The notes beneath the pieces were generated by a model. The model worked only from the letters and a program-made list of their open reading frames with translations. It did not search any database and was not told the origin of the DNA. 64,000 bases of DNA. Source: Candidatus Methanomethylophilaceae archaeon (lineage in GTDB: Archaea; Thermoplasmatota; Thermoplasmata; Methanomassiliicoccales; Methanomethylophilaceae). Made by a program: the position numbers and the translations under genes. Of the stretch, positions 27,867 through 37,288 are shown piece after piece. The number at the start of each line of letters is the position of its first letter. Positions within the stretch are counted from its first letter, which is position 1. Location of the stretch: positions 32,001 to 96,000 of the forward strand of contig JBMNQN010000001.1 of NCBI GenBank assembly GCA_050944155.1. The letters run 5' to 3'.

Positions 27867-28199
27867 TCAGAGGAATTTTTTCAGGAATTTCAGATCCTGG
27901 ATTTTTCCTTTGATTTTGACTTTGCCCGTGACGTAAGCCCTCATGGGTCTGAGTTCGCCGTCTATGAGCGCATTCAGATGCTCGGGGGTCGATATGACCG
28001 TCACGTCGGGGGTTTCCGTTTTTTCTTCTTTGAATTCGGTTATCTTCGAATCTTCGAGTTTTATAGTGTACACTTCGGTACCAAGGTCCAAGAGGAATGT
28101 TTTCTTGAGATGTGCGATTTCGTTCCGCAGTTCCTCGTCTTTTTCGCTTCTTTCGTTGAACTGTTTCACGAGCCCGTCCAAACGTTCGTACATTGTCAT
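27867..28199 (-). CDS. SCP2 sterol/lipid-binding domain protein
   Basis: PDVTV..LIDGEL.PMRAYVTGKVKIKG..DL. Confidence 0.85.
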   Translation of the reverse strand: MTMYERLDGLVKQFNERSEKDEELRNEIAHLKKTFLLDLGTEVYTIKLEDSKITEFKEEKTETPDVTVISTPEHLNALIDGELRPMRAYVTGKVKIKGKIQDLKFLKKFL

Positions 28200-28203
28200 G
28201 TAA

Positions 28204-28848
28204 TCACCAATCGCTGATTTTTGTGTTGGCCGCAAGAGTCGTCAGATTTCTGACGGACTCCCAGGAACACCTGGTATTCGGAGGAGGAACCCCCTTTTCT
28301 TTAATCCATCTTTCTATGAAATCCATCGTGACTCTGTCGCTGGGGTATCCGCTTCCCACTGATTCTCCGAATTCTTCGGATATTTCCTTTATTCTCCGGT
28401 CCCTTATCACTTTGGCGACGATCGAAGCGGCGGAAACCACAGGATATTTATCGTCGGCTTTGTGTTCCGCGACGATTTTGAATCTGTTTCCGCATTTTCT
28501 CGAAAGACGCGAAGAAAACGCCGAGGTGTTTACATCAGGGCAGTCGGCGTAAACCAGACCGGAAGGAAGCTTTCCGACTGCTTCGGCGAACATATCGAGT
28601 TCGATTTCGTTGAGAGACATTTTCTTTCTCAGGGAATCGATCTCTTCGGCGGAAACTTCCAGGAACTCCGTTTCGTAATTACCGAATATTTTTTCGTAAA
28701 GAACTTCCCGTCTGTGCGGGGTGAGTTTTTTGGAATCCTTTACACCCATGCTCATCAGGTCTCCGTCGGAATCGGTTCTGACAATGGCCACCACGAGAGG
28801 CCCCATTACCGAGCCTCTTCCTGCCTCGTCTATGCCGCAGTAATTCAC
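28204..28848 (-). CDS. rnhB: Ribonuclease HII
   Basis: GIDEAGRG..GPLV, VKDSKKL, HKAD..VSAASIVAKV.RD, GSGYPSD. Confidence 0.96.
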   Translation of the reverse strand: MNYCGIDEAGRGSVMGPLVVAIVRTDSDGDLMSMGVKDSKKLTPHRREVLYEKIFGNYETEFLEVSAEEIDSLRKKMSLNEIELDMFAEAVGKLPSGLVYADCPDVNTSAFSSRLSRKCGNRFKIVAEHKADDKYPVVSAASIVAKVIRDRRIKEISEEFGESVGSGYPSDRVTMDFIERWIKEKGVPPPNTRCSWESVRNLTTLAANTKISDW

Positions 28849-28917
28849 GGAACCACCGGTTACCCGATACTTGGTAACCGTATATACTTTAAGTCGGACG
28901 AGTTATACGATGCCGGC

Positions 28918-29802
28918 ATGAATCTGAAATGCGACGTACAGTACGGGAAAACCGATTCCGAATTCAGGCTCACCCGTGTGGGCGTCACCGGAGTGAAAAA
29001 ACCGGTAATGGTCAGGAGAAAAGGAGAGAAAAACGAGTTAAACAAGTCTCTCAACTGTAACATAGACATTTTTGTCGACCTCCCGGCCGAACAGAAAGGT
29101 TCCCACATGTCCAGAAACGTGGAGGTCCTCACCGACGTTGTGTCCGAGAGTCTGAACGAACCTGTATCCGGTTTGGAAAATATGGCGGCAGACATGTGCA
29201 GAAAGCTTTTGGATCATCACGAATATTCGCAGACCGCAAACGTCTCCATAAGCGCGGATTACTTCAGGCCCAGAAAAACTCCCAACGGGAGGGATACCTA
29301 CGAAGTCTACAGACTTACCGCCGAGGCCGAAGCGGTACGCGGAAAGGGCGTGAGAAAAACCATCGGAGCAGAAGCCATCGGCATGACCGCATGTCCCTGC
29401 GCCCAGCAGACGGTTACCGAAATTCTCGGATGTTCCGGGGAGACGACGGTAATATCCCACAACCAGAGAAACGTCTGCTCCGCATCCATAACCATGGACG
29501 AAGATTTCGAAGTCGAAGCCGACGTTCTGATCGACATAATCGAAGAATCCTTCTCGTCGCCCACTTTCGAACTCCTCAAAAGAGAGGACGAAGGGAGAGT
29601 GGTCATAAACGCGCACACCAACCCGAAATTCGTGGAAGACGTTGTACGCGGAGTTCTCAGCAGGATAGTGGATAATTTCACGGAACTTCCGGACAATTCC
29701 GCGGTGGTCGTAAGAAGCGAATCCGAAGAGTCGATACACAAGCACAACGCATTCGCTCAGAGGGAGGCGACTCTCGGAGAGCTCAGAAAAGAAGCCGAAT
29801 GA
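28918..29802 (+). CDS. mptA: GTP cyclohydrolase MptA/FolE2
   Basis: RVGVTGV, VDLP..KGSHMSR, MTACPCA, SHNQR, LLKREDE, NPKFVED, ESIHKHNA. Confidence 0.9.
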   Translation: MNLKCDVQYGKTDSEFRLTRVGVTGVKKPVMVRRKGEKNELNKSLNCNIDIFVDLPAEQKGSHMSRNVEVLTDVVSESLNEPVSGLENMAADMCRKLLDHHEYSQTANVSISADYFRPRKTPNGRDTYEVYRLTAEAEAVRGKGVRKTIGAEAIGMTACPCAQQTVTEILGCSGETTVISHNQRNVCSASITMDEDFEVEADVLIDIIEESFSSPTFELLKREDEGRVVINAHTNPKFVEDVVRGVLSRIVDNFTELPDNSAVVVRSESEESIHKHNAFAQREATLGELRKEAE

Positions 29803-29803
29803 A

Positions 29804-30559
29804 TCAGATCGGTTTCAGTTTTTTATCCAAAATCGAGATGTCGTCGACGTAAATACCGTCGGGAAGTTCCAGATCGTTGAGGCAGCCCACCCAGTAGACC
29901 ACCACTCCGGGTCCGAAAATCTTCGTGTAGGGGATGAGCTGTTTTCTTGAGTTGTATCTGAATTCCACGTTGTCTCCGAAAGAGGCTTTGCTTTCGATCC
30001 AGAAGATTTTTTTCCCTTCGTACAGCATCGGCTCGTCCAGCAGACTGTCCGGCGTTTTCTCGAACTTTCCGCGCAGATCGTTTTCGGTTCTGTACGAAAT
30101 TCCCTGTCCGTCCAGCCACCCTTCGAGGAGGGACTCTCCCCATACTCCCCTTTCTTTCTGTTTCGCGGTTCCGTAGGGCGAGTAAATAAGATCGTTCTCG
30201 GTGGCTTCCCTCAGTTCCCGGGCAGTCTCTTCGCTTTCCAGCAGTTCCGGGTTTCTGACGAATTCCCAGAACTGTTTTTTCGTCGCTCCGTCTTCCTGGA
30301 AAATCATCATGGCCGTGAGAATGGGCGGGAAACGCTGCCTGTCGGCAATCTGCATTATGGTCTTTCCCTTCTTCCAATCTCTGAGCATGTATTTTGCGTT
30401 CTTTTTCACCACGTGAAACCGTTTTTTGACATCCCTGGAAACCTTCTGGGTCAGGAGGGATTCGAGCATCCTTCTGTCGTATCCTTCGGCTTCCAGTCTG
30501 TTTACGTCCGCTGCGGTCTTCAGGCCGTTGTATATTTTTTTGTATTCTGTATAATCCAT
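29804..30559 (-). CDS. C15orf41/CDIN1-like (TPD) PD-(D/E)xK nuclease-like protein
   Basis: GVWGE..L..WL, TENDLR, KTPD, WIESKASFGD, Y...FGPG.VVYW. Confidence 0.78.
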   Translation of the reverse strand: MDYTEYKKIYNGLKTAADVNRLEAEGYDRRMLESLLTQKVSRDVKKRFHVVKKNAKYMLRDWKKGKTIMQIADRQRFPPILTAMMIFQEDGATKKQFWEFVRNPELLESEETARELREATENDLIYSPYGTAKQKERGVWGESLLEGWLDGQGISYRTENDLRGKFEKTPDSLLDEPMLYEGKKIFWIESKASFGDNVEFRYNSRKQLIPYTKIFGPGVVVYWVGCLNDLELPDGIYVDDISILDKKLKPI

Positions 30560-30563
30560 TTAA

Positions 30564-31913
30564 TCAGCCGTTCAGGTTTTTTACCAAGTCTTCGGCGGCG
30601 GAAAGGACCACGTCCTTAACCATGGATACCGGAGGGCAGTAAGCGTTTTCGGCCGAAACGAGAAACTCGTCGGCGGTCATGCCCGCAATTATTGCGGAGG
30701 TTAGCCAGTTAATGCGTCCCACTATGTTCTCTCCGGCAACCATCTGGGCTCCCACAATGCGGCGGGAAGTGCCGTCGGCGATGATTTTCACGGAGAAATC
30801 TTTTCCTCCGGGCGAGTATCTGGCTCTTGTAAATCCCTTGGATTTTCCTTCGACGGTACGGATTCCGTACCAGGAAGCCAATCCCGACGAAAGTCCCGTT
30901 CCGGCGACGTACATGTCGTCCATAACGCTGATCCAGGGGCTGGCAGTGGGTCCGAAGATTCTGTTTCCGCCGGCTGCGTTGCATCCGGCGATTTCTCCCT
31001 GTTTAACTGCGGAAGAACCGAGCTGGCTCATCGTGGGTCCGGGTGCGGCGGCAGACTGGCACTGTATAAGGTCGCCTGCAAGGTAAATGTCTTTCACAAG
31101 GCGTCCGCGTCTGTAGGGCTGGAGAGTGGGCGATACGGCAACCGCGCCCAGCATTCCTATGTCGAATCCAAGCGCCTTGGGGATATCCAGGTTTGCGCGC
31201 ACGCCGGTAGCAAAAATAACCATGCCGCAGGGATATTCCTTTCCTTTGGCCTTCACACCCGTGACCTCGTCTTTTCCGATTACGGCTTCCACGGGAGCTT
31301 CGGTGACTATTTCGACTCCTTTTTCTTCCATGTATTTTCTGACGCACAGTGCCACGTCGGAATCGGCTATGCGCGGAATCACCTGATCCATCATCTCGAT
31401 GACGGTGACCTTTTTTCCGGCATTGACGAAAGCCACGGCCATTTCCAATCCGATGACTCCCGCTCCGGCAATCACGATTTTATCGGTTTTCTTCATGCGT
31501 TCCTGGATTTTTTTGCCGTCCGAGACAGTTCTTACGGTGAACGCACCTTCCAGATCGGTTCCCGGTATCGGCGGAACGAAAACTTTGCCGCCGGTTGCGA
31601 TTACGAGAGAATCGTAACCGTATTTTTTCCCTCCCGCGGATACGGTTTTCTCTTCCGCATCCACAGAGTCGACTCTGAGTTTCGTCAGAACGCTGATGTT
31701 TTTCTCGCGTTTGTAGTACTCGGCATCATGCATTACGATGCTGTCCCAGTTGTTTTTTCCCTCCAATACCCAGGGTATTGCGCAGGGAGAATAGGCAATA
31801 TCTTCGTCTTCGGTTATGACCGTGATTTCCGACTTTGCGTCGTGTTTTCTGGCAGACGATGCTGCGGTCATACCCGCCGCGCCGGAGCCTATAATCAATA
31901 TCTTTCTAGCCAT
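30564..31913 (-). CDS. FAD-dependent NADH oxidase / CoA-disulfide reductase family protein
   Basis: IIGSGAAG, YSPCAIP redox Cys, ATG, GAGVIG.E, YLAGD, AYCPP. Confidence 0.88.
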   Translation of the reverse strand: MARKILIIGSGAAGMTAASSARKHDAKSEITVITEDEDIAYSPCAIPWVLEGKNNWDSIVMHDAEYYKREKNISVLTKLRVDSVDAEEKTVSAGGKKYGYDSLVIATGGKVFVPPIPGTDLEGAFTVRTVSDGKKIQERMKKTDKIVIAGAGVIGLEMAVAFVNAGKKVTVIEMMDQVIPRIADSDVALCVRKYMEEKGVEIVTEAPVEAVIGKDEVTGVKAKGKEYPCGMVIFATGVRANLDIPKALGFDIGMLGAVAVSPTLQPYRRGRLVKDIYLAGDLIQCQSAAAPGPTMSQLGSSAVKQGEIAGCNAAGGNRIFGPTASPWISVMDDMYVAGTGLSSGLASWYGIRTVEGKSKGFTRARYSPGGKDFSVKIIADGTSRRIVGAQMVAGENIVGRINWLTSAIIAGMTADEFLVSAENAYCPPVSMVKDVVLSAAEDLVKNLNG

Positions 31914-32029
31914 GTGGCTTACCGCTCCGTGGATGATACTGCGTATTATTAACGTTTCCCGGAATGCCGGCCGTATCGGGGCGGACGGTTCGGGAAAAGA
32001 TATAACGGAGTTCGCGGTTGAAAGCGGAC

Positions 32030-33019
32030 ATGAAGCGCAGGATTCCTTCCGAACCGGAGGCGGTATGGAAAGAAAAGGATATGTCCAAAGGCAGAAAAGT
32101 GGATGCCATGGTTGCGATTATGCGTACAAGCGGATGCTGCTGGGCAAAAACCGGAGGCTGCACCATGTGCGGTTACAACAACGCTTCTTCGCCGGAAATT
32201 TCCGAATCGGATCTGATGAGCCAGATTGACGTAATCATGAAAAAATACAAAGGAGAGCCTTTTGTCAAAATATACACTTCCGGAAGTTTCCTCGACACGG
32301 AAGAAATACCCCTCAGGGTCAGAGACACGATTTTCGACAATTTTTCCGGATGCGAGCGCGTTCTTTTCGAATCCCGTCCCGAATTTGTCACCGAAGAAAC
32401 GGCGGAATCCCTTCCGAAAAACACAACCGTGGCACTGGGTCTCGAAACTTCGAATCCGGAAATACTCGGGAAGGCAATCAACAAGGGATTCACGCCCGAA
32501 GAAAGCAGAGCGGCCGGCGAAATAATAAGGGACGCCGGTCTGGACGTCCGCACGTATCTGCTTCTCAAACCTCTGTACGTAACGGAGAGCCAGGCAATCG
32601 AAGATACGGTTGCTTCGGCTCTTTTTGCGGACGGTTATTCTTCCGAAATTTCCGTAAATCCGTTGAACGTTCAATACGGGACCCTGACCGAAAAGATGTG
32701 GAAACGCGGCGAGTTCAGACCCCCGTGGATCTGGTCTCTTCTGGAGGTGTTCGGACGCCTTCACGGAAAGACCATGGCGAGACTCATGTCGTCCCCTTCC
32801 GGAGGAGGCTCTAAGAGGGGAGTCCACAACTGCGGAGACTGCGACAGGAGGGCACTCGACGCGGTGGAGAAATATTCGTTCTCGCAGAACGCGGAAGACC
32901 TGAACGTCGAATGCATCTGCAGGGAAACGTGGAAAAACTATATCAGGGCCGAAAAAATACTCGGTACATCGGCCGATTTGGAAAGAGGGCTGATCAACAA
33001 TCTGGCACTCAGGATGTAA
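32030..33019 (+). CDS. Archaeosine biosynthesis radical SAM protein RaSEA
   Basis: RTSGCCW...GGCTMCGY, VKIYTSGSFLD, ESRPE, INKG, YLLLKP, PPWIWS, RGVHNC. Confidence 0.85.
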   Translation: MKRRIPSEPEAVWKEKDMSKGRKVDAMVAIMRTSGCCWAKTGGCTMCGYNNASSPEISESDLMSQIDVIMKKYKGEPFVKIYTSGSFLDTEEIPLRVRDTIFDNFSGCERVLFESRPEFVTEETAESLPKNTTVALGLETSNPEILGKAINKGFTPEESRAAGEIIRDAGLDVRTYLLLKPLYVTESQAIEDTVASALFADGYSSEISVNPLNVQYGTLTEKMWKRGEFRPPWIWSLLEVFGRLHGKTMARLMSSPSGGGSKRGVHNCGDCDRRALDAVEKYSFSQNAEDLNVECICRETWKNYIRAEKILGTSADLERGLINNLALRM

Positions 33020-33023
33020 AAGC

Positions 33024-33350
33024 ATGACGGATTTCGACATTAAGAGAGGATGGGCAGGAAAAATCGAGAACGGCGGTCTGAAGAAAATCATGGAAGAAAC
33101 TTTCGGAAACGTCGAAGCCGAAGGAAATATGCTGGTTTCGAAATACGGCGTTCTCGGAAGAATCGAAGCGGAAATGATTTCCAAAACCGTTCTGAGAGTG
33201 GATACGGTCAACAGGGAAGGGCCGATGAACGACGAAGAGATACTCGACACGAAGAGAAAACTCAACGCGTTTCTCGAAGCCGCCACCGGTTTCGACGTCA
33301 AGGCGCGCAAGAAGCGTGCCCAGGACAAAGCCAAGAAGGGGCTTCTTTAA
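33024..33350 (+). CDS. Conserved archaeal protein (DUF5611-like)
   Basis: FDIKRG..FG..YG.L..NAFLE.ATGFD.K.RKKR pattern. Confidence 0.65.
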   Translation: MTDFDIKRGWAGKIENGGLKKIMEETFGNVEAEGNMLVSKYGVLGRIEAEMISKTVLRVDTVNREGPMNDEEILDTKRKLNAFLEAATGFDVKARKKRAQDKAKKGLL

Positions 33351-33395
33351 ACTTTTCTGCGCATTCGCGTCCCTATTAGGGGAGGCTGCGCACTC

Positions 33396-33405
33396 TTTAT
33401 ATATA
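33396..33405 (+). promoter_or_regulatory. Probable TATA box of the rpl3 operon, followed by a long structured leader
   Basis: TTTATATATA about 190 nt upstream of the rpl3 ATG. Confidence 0.55.
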
Positions 33406-33597
33406 ACCTGGTTATACCAACGGCTAGATTGGACAATATAATGTCCGACCAGACGCTCTGGGCTATGCTTCGGCATCCCAGGTTCGCCCGGAAAAAACAC
33501 GTTATGGGGTCGAACGGGCGTCACGGCCGGATGTTTAAAGCGTTCGTCTGTAAAGACAGCGAGGATAGCAGAGACACCCTCGCAGGTACGTGAAAAT

Positions 33598-34596
33598 ATG
33601 CCACAGAGAAGACACCCCAGAAGGGGATCGATGGGGTACGGCCCCAGAAAAAGAGCTCAGTCGCAGAGGCCGGTGCTGGACTCCTGGCCCGAAGCAAAAG
33701 GCGCTCCCAAGATTCAGGGATTCGCAGGATACAAGGCCGGAATGACCCACGCCTTCGTCCTCGACAAGAACCAGAAGAGCACGACGGCGAGGATGGAGGT
33801 TCAGACGCCCGTAACGGTCGTCGAAGTTCCGCCCATGAAGGTAGCTGCGGTCAGATTCTACGAAAACAGCACCCTCGGCCTCAAAACCGCGGGCGAAGTG
33901 TGGGCAACCGACCTTGACCCCCTGCTCGAGAAGAAGATGAGCGTGCCCAAAGGCCACACCGAAGAATCTTTTGCGAGATATGACGGACTGGATATCGAGG
34001 ACGTGCGCGTTCTCGCATACACACAGCCCAAACTCGTCACGGGAGTTCCCAAGAAAGTGCCCGAACTCATGGAACTGAGAATCGGCGGCGGAACAATCGA
34101 CGAGAGGGTCGCCTACGCCAAAGGGATTCTCGGAAAAGACGTAACAATCACCGATTTCGCTCCCGAAGGAGCGCTGGTCGACGTCATAGCGGTGACCAAG
34201 GGAAAAGGATTCCAGGGCGCAACCAAGCGCTGGGGAATCAAGCTGCTTTCCCACAGGAACAGCAAACACCGCCGCATGATCGGAAACCTGGGGCCCAAGA
34301 GACCCGGATACGTAAGGGGAACCGTCCCCATGGCGGGTCAGATGGGTTACCACCAGAGAACCGAATTCAACAAGAAAATCATAAAAGTCGGAGAAGAGGG
34401 AGCCGAAATCAACCCCAAGGGCGGATTCCTCAACTACGGAGAAGTCAGGAACACTTACGTTCTCGTGCACGGCTCCGTTCCCGGACCGACAAAGAGAATA
34501 ATCAGATTCAGGGACGCCTCGAGGCTCCCGAAGAAAGTGGACACCGAAGCGCCCGAAGTGACCTACGTGTCCACCGAATCCAAACAGGGGGCATGA
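33598..34596 (+). CDS. rpl3: 50S ribosomal protein L3
   Basis: PRRGS..PRKRA, GYKAGMTH, TKGKGFQG, AGQMGYHQRTE. Confidence 0.98.
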   Translation: MPQRRHPRRGSMGYGPRKRAQSQRPVLDSWPEAKGAPKIQGFAGYKAGMTHAFVLDKNQKSTTARMEVQTPVTVVEVPPMKVAAVRFYENSTLGLKTAGEVWATDLDPLLEKKMSVPKGHTEESFARYDGLDIEDVRVLAYTQPKLVTGVPKKVPELMELRIGGGTIDERVAYAKGILGKDVTITDFAPEGALVDVIAVTKGKGFQGATKRWGIKLLSHRNSKHRRMIGNLGPKRPGYVRGTVPMAGQMGYHQRTEFNKKIIKVGEEGAEINPKGGFLNYGEVRNTYVLVHGSVPGPTKRIIRFRDASRLPKKVDTEAPEVTYVSTESKQGA

Positions 34597-35369
34597 AGAT
34601 GAAGCAGACAAACGTCTACAGTATCAACGGAGAAGTTTCCGGTAAAATCGATGTTCCCGCGGCATTCGAGACGGTCTACAGACCCGATATCATAAAGAAA
34701 GCCGTGCTCGCGGCTGCCGCCAACGGAAGACAGCCCTACGGTCCCGCCAGAGGAGCCGGAATGAGGCACTCTGTCAGCACCTGGGGAAAAGGACGCGGAG
34801 TTTCCCGTGTCCAGAGGCTCAAGGACGGCAGAAAGGGAGCGGAATCGCCCAACAACGTCTCCGGACGCAGAGCGCACCCCCCGATGCCCGAGAGAAAGTG
34901 GGAACACAAGATAAACAAAAAAGAACTCGCGATTGCCCGCAGATCCGCACTCGCCGCCACCGGCGACGCCGTCTGCGTGAAAGAACGCGGCCACAAGTTC
35001 GACGACAGCGTTTCTTTCCCGATTGTCGTGGAAGACGCTTTCCAGAACATTTCGTCCACGGCGGAAGTCGCCGAATTTTTCGACAAAATCGGAATAGGAT
35101 ACGACGTGGAACGCGCCAAAGACGGAACCAAAATACGCGCGGGTAAAGGAAAGATGAGGAACAGAAAATACCGTGTTCCCGTTTCCGTGCTCGTAGTGGT
35201 CTCCGACAGGGAAGTTCCCGTGTTCAAGGGAGCGTCCAACCTTGCGGGAGTCGAGGTGGAATCCGTCAGAACGCTCAACACGGGTATTCTCGCACCCGGA
35301 GGAGACGCGGGAAGACTCACAGTTTACACCGAGTCTGCCATCGCCGAGATAGGAGGATGGGTACAATGA
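34593..35369 (+). CDS. rpl4: 50S ribosomal protein L4
   Basis: RPDII, WGKGRGVSRV, GRRAHPP, RAGKGKMR, LAPGG..GRL. Confidence 0.97.
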   Translation: MKMKQTNVYSINGEVSGKIDVPAAFETVYRPDIIKKAVLAAAANGRQPYGPARGAGMRHSVSTWGKGRGVSRVQRLKDGRKGAESPNNVSGRRAHPPMPERKWEHKINKKELAIARRSALAATGDAVCVKERGHKFDDSVSFPIVVEDAFQNISSTAEVAEFFDKIGIGYDVERAKDGTKIRAGKGKMRNRKYRVPVSVLVVVSDREVPVFKGASNLAGVEVESVRTLNTGILAPGGDAGRLTVYTESAIAEIGGWVQ

Positions 35370-35647
35370 GGCAGAGCGACGTTCTTATCAGGCCCCATGT
35401 GACCGAAAAGTCGATGAACCACACTTCCGGAACTTCCGCACAGGATTTCAAAGACGGAAACAGAATCGAGTTCATCGTTCACAGAAAGGCAGACAAGCAG
35501 ACCATAAAGACGATCTTCGAAGAGCGTTTCGAAGTCAAAGTCGACAAAGTATGGGTAAGAATCGAAAAAGACGGCAAGCACGCCATCATCAAACTGGCGG
35601 ACGGTTATTCCGCCGAAGATGTGGGCATGAGGGTCGGTATATTCTGA
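35366..35647 (+). CDS. rpl23: 50S ribosomal protein L23
   Basis: PHVTEK, FIV..KADK..IK, KHAIIKL. Confidence 0.95.
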   Translation: MRQSDVLIRPHVTEKSMNHTSGTSAQDFKDGNRIEFIVHRKADKQTIKTIFEERFEVKVDKVWVRIEKDGKHAIIKLADGYSAEDVGMRVGIF

Positions 35648-35657
35648 GGTGAGACGA

Positions 35658-36359
35658 ATGGGAAAAAGACTTAGGACACAGAGAAGAGGACGCGGAACGC
35701 CCCTCTACCGCTCACCCAGCCACAGGCACGTGGATGATGTCAGACTTCCTTCCATGAGCGAAGGAACGGGAACCGTCAAAGATCTGATACAGGCCCCCGG
35801 AAGAACCTGTCCTCTCGCAGTGGTGGAGTTCAACGGAGTAAACGACTACCAGCTTGCGGCCGAGGGAATGAAAGTCGGACAGACGGTTACCGTGGGCGGC
35901 AGCGAAATCCGCTCCGGAAACATCACGCTGCTTTCGGAGATTCCCGAGGGAACTCCGGTGCACAACGTCGAAGGCATACCGGGAGACGGAGGAAAGTTCG
36001 TCAAAACGGCGGGAACTTCGGCGACGGTCGTCAGCAGAGGCGAATACGTTGTTCTGCAGATGCCTTCCGGGGTGCTCAAAGAGTTCCACCCCAACTGCCG
36101 CGCCGCCATAGGTATAGTGGCAGGAGGCGGAAGAGTGGAGAAACCCCTGGGTAAAGCCGGAGCAAACGCACTGGCGCTCAGATCCAGATCAAAGGCGAAC
36201 TTCCACACCAAGGGAGTGGCCATGAACGCGGTGGACCACCCCCACGGCGGAGGAAGCCATCCCCATGTGGGAGGACCCAACTGCCAGAGGAGAACCGCTT
36301 CTCCCGGACAGAAAGTCGGTTTCATCGCCAAAAAGAAAAATAAGAAGGGCAGGAGGTAA
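35658..36359 (+). CDS. rpl2: 50S ribosomal protein L2
   Basis: MGKRLRTQRRGRG, PGDGGKF, GVAMNAVDHPHGGG. Confidence 0.98.
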   Translation: MGKRLRTQRRGRGTPLYRSPSHRHVDDVRLPSMSEGTGTVKDLIQAPGRTCPLAVVEFNGVNDYQLAAEGMKVGQTVTVGGSEIRSGNITLLSEIPEGTPVHNVEGIPGDGGKFVKTAGTSATVVSRGEYVVLQMPSGVLKEFHPNCRAAIGIVAGGGRVEKPLGKAGANALALRSRSKANFHTKGVAMNAVDHPHGGGSHPHVGGPNCQRRTASPGQKVGFIAKKKNKKGRR

Positions 36360-36364
36360 TCGAT

Positions 36365-36826
36365 ATGGCAAAAGTAAAGATACAGGGATCCGCGAAAGCA
36401 TCCAGGCGCAGGACGAGAAAGAAAGCGTCGGCGATCCAGGCGAGGAGAAAGAAAGAGTTCCTCTACCGCGGATTCACGATGGACGAACTTCTCGCCATGC
36501 CCTTCGACGAGATACTCGGACTTCTGCCCTCCAGGGCCAGAAGGACCTATCTCCGCGGTCTCAACTACGAACAGCAGCTTCTTTTCGACGAGCTTTCGAA
36601 ATCGGACAAAAAGGTCAGAACGCACCGCAGAGACCTTCCGATCGTACCGCAGTTCGTCGGAAAAACGGTATCCGTGTACAACGGAAAAGAATTCAAGGAC
36701 GTGGAAATAAAACCGGAAATGATCGGCCACTTCCTCGGAGAGTTTGTCATGAACAGGAAAGAACCCCAGCACTCCGGACCCGGAGTCGGTGCAACCAGGT
36801 CTTCGAAGTTCATGCCGCTGAAGTGA
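36365..36826 (+). CDS. rps19: 30S ribosomal protein S19
   Basis: FLYRG, RTHRRD, VYNGKEF, PEMIGHFLGEF, ATRSSKFMPLK. Confidence 0.97.
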   Translation: MAKVKIQGSAKASRRRTRKKASAIQARRKKEFLYRGFTMDELLAMPFDEILGLLPSRARRTYLRGLNYEQQLLFDELSKSDKKVRTHRRDLPIVPQFVGKTVSVYNGKEFKDVEIKPEMIGHFLGEFVMNRKEPQHSGPGVGATRSSKFMPLK

Positions 36827-36837
36827 GGTGAAAAAAG

Positions 36838-37287
36838 ATGAATTCAGGATATACGGCAGAATCCGATCCGGACATCTCCGCGAAAGCGGTGGGAAGAGAC
36901 ATACCCGTCTCCCCGAAGTTCGCCCGCGAAGTGGTGGGAATGATCCGCGGAAAGAAAGTGGAGGACGCCACGGTTATGCTTGAAGAAGTCATCGCTCTCG
37001 AGAGAGCGGTGCCTCTGAAAAGATACAACAAACGCGTCTCCCACAAACCCGGTACGGGACCCGGGAGATACCCGGTGAAGGCGGCGAAAGCGGTTCTTTC
37101 GGTTCTCGAAAGCGCCTCTTCCAACGCCGAGTACAAAGGACTTGACGCGTCCAACATGTTCATCGCAACGATTTCCGTTTCCAGGGGCACGGTCATAATG
37201 GGCCGCATGCCCAGAGCCCAGGGAAGGGCCACTCAGTGGAATCAGGAAACCGTGAACATAGAAGTGATATTAGAGGAGGAAGAGTGA
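36838..37287 (+). CDS. rpl22: 50S ribosomal protein L22
   Basis: VSPK, GRYPVKAA, NAEYKGL, PRAQGRA. Confidence 0.97.
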   Translation: MNSGYTAESDPDISAKAVGRDIPVSPKFAREVVGMIRGKKVEDATVMLEEVIALERAVPLKRYNKRVSHKPGTGPGRYPVKAAKAVLSVLESASSNAEYKGLDASNMFIATISVSRGTVIMGRMPRAQGRATQWNQETVNIEVILEEEE

Positions 37288-37288
37288 A

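Noticed and set aside
31949-33334. Long antisense ORFs here and elsewhere (e.g. 15217-16521, 19964-21205, 41065-42177)
   Set aside because: These are shadow frames of well-supported genes, with no motifs of their own.
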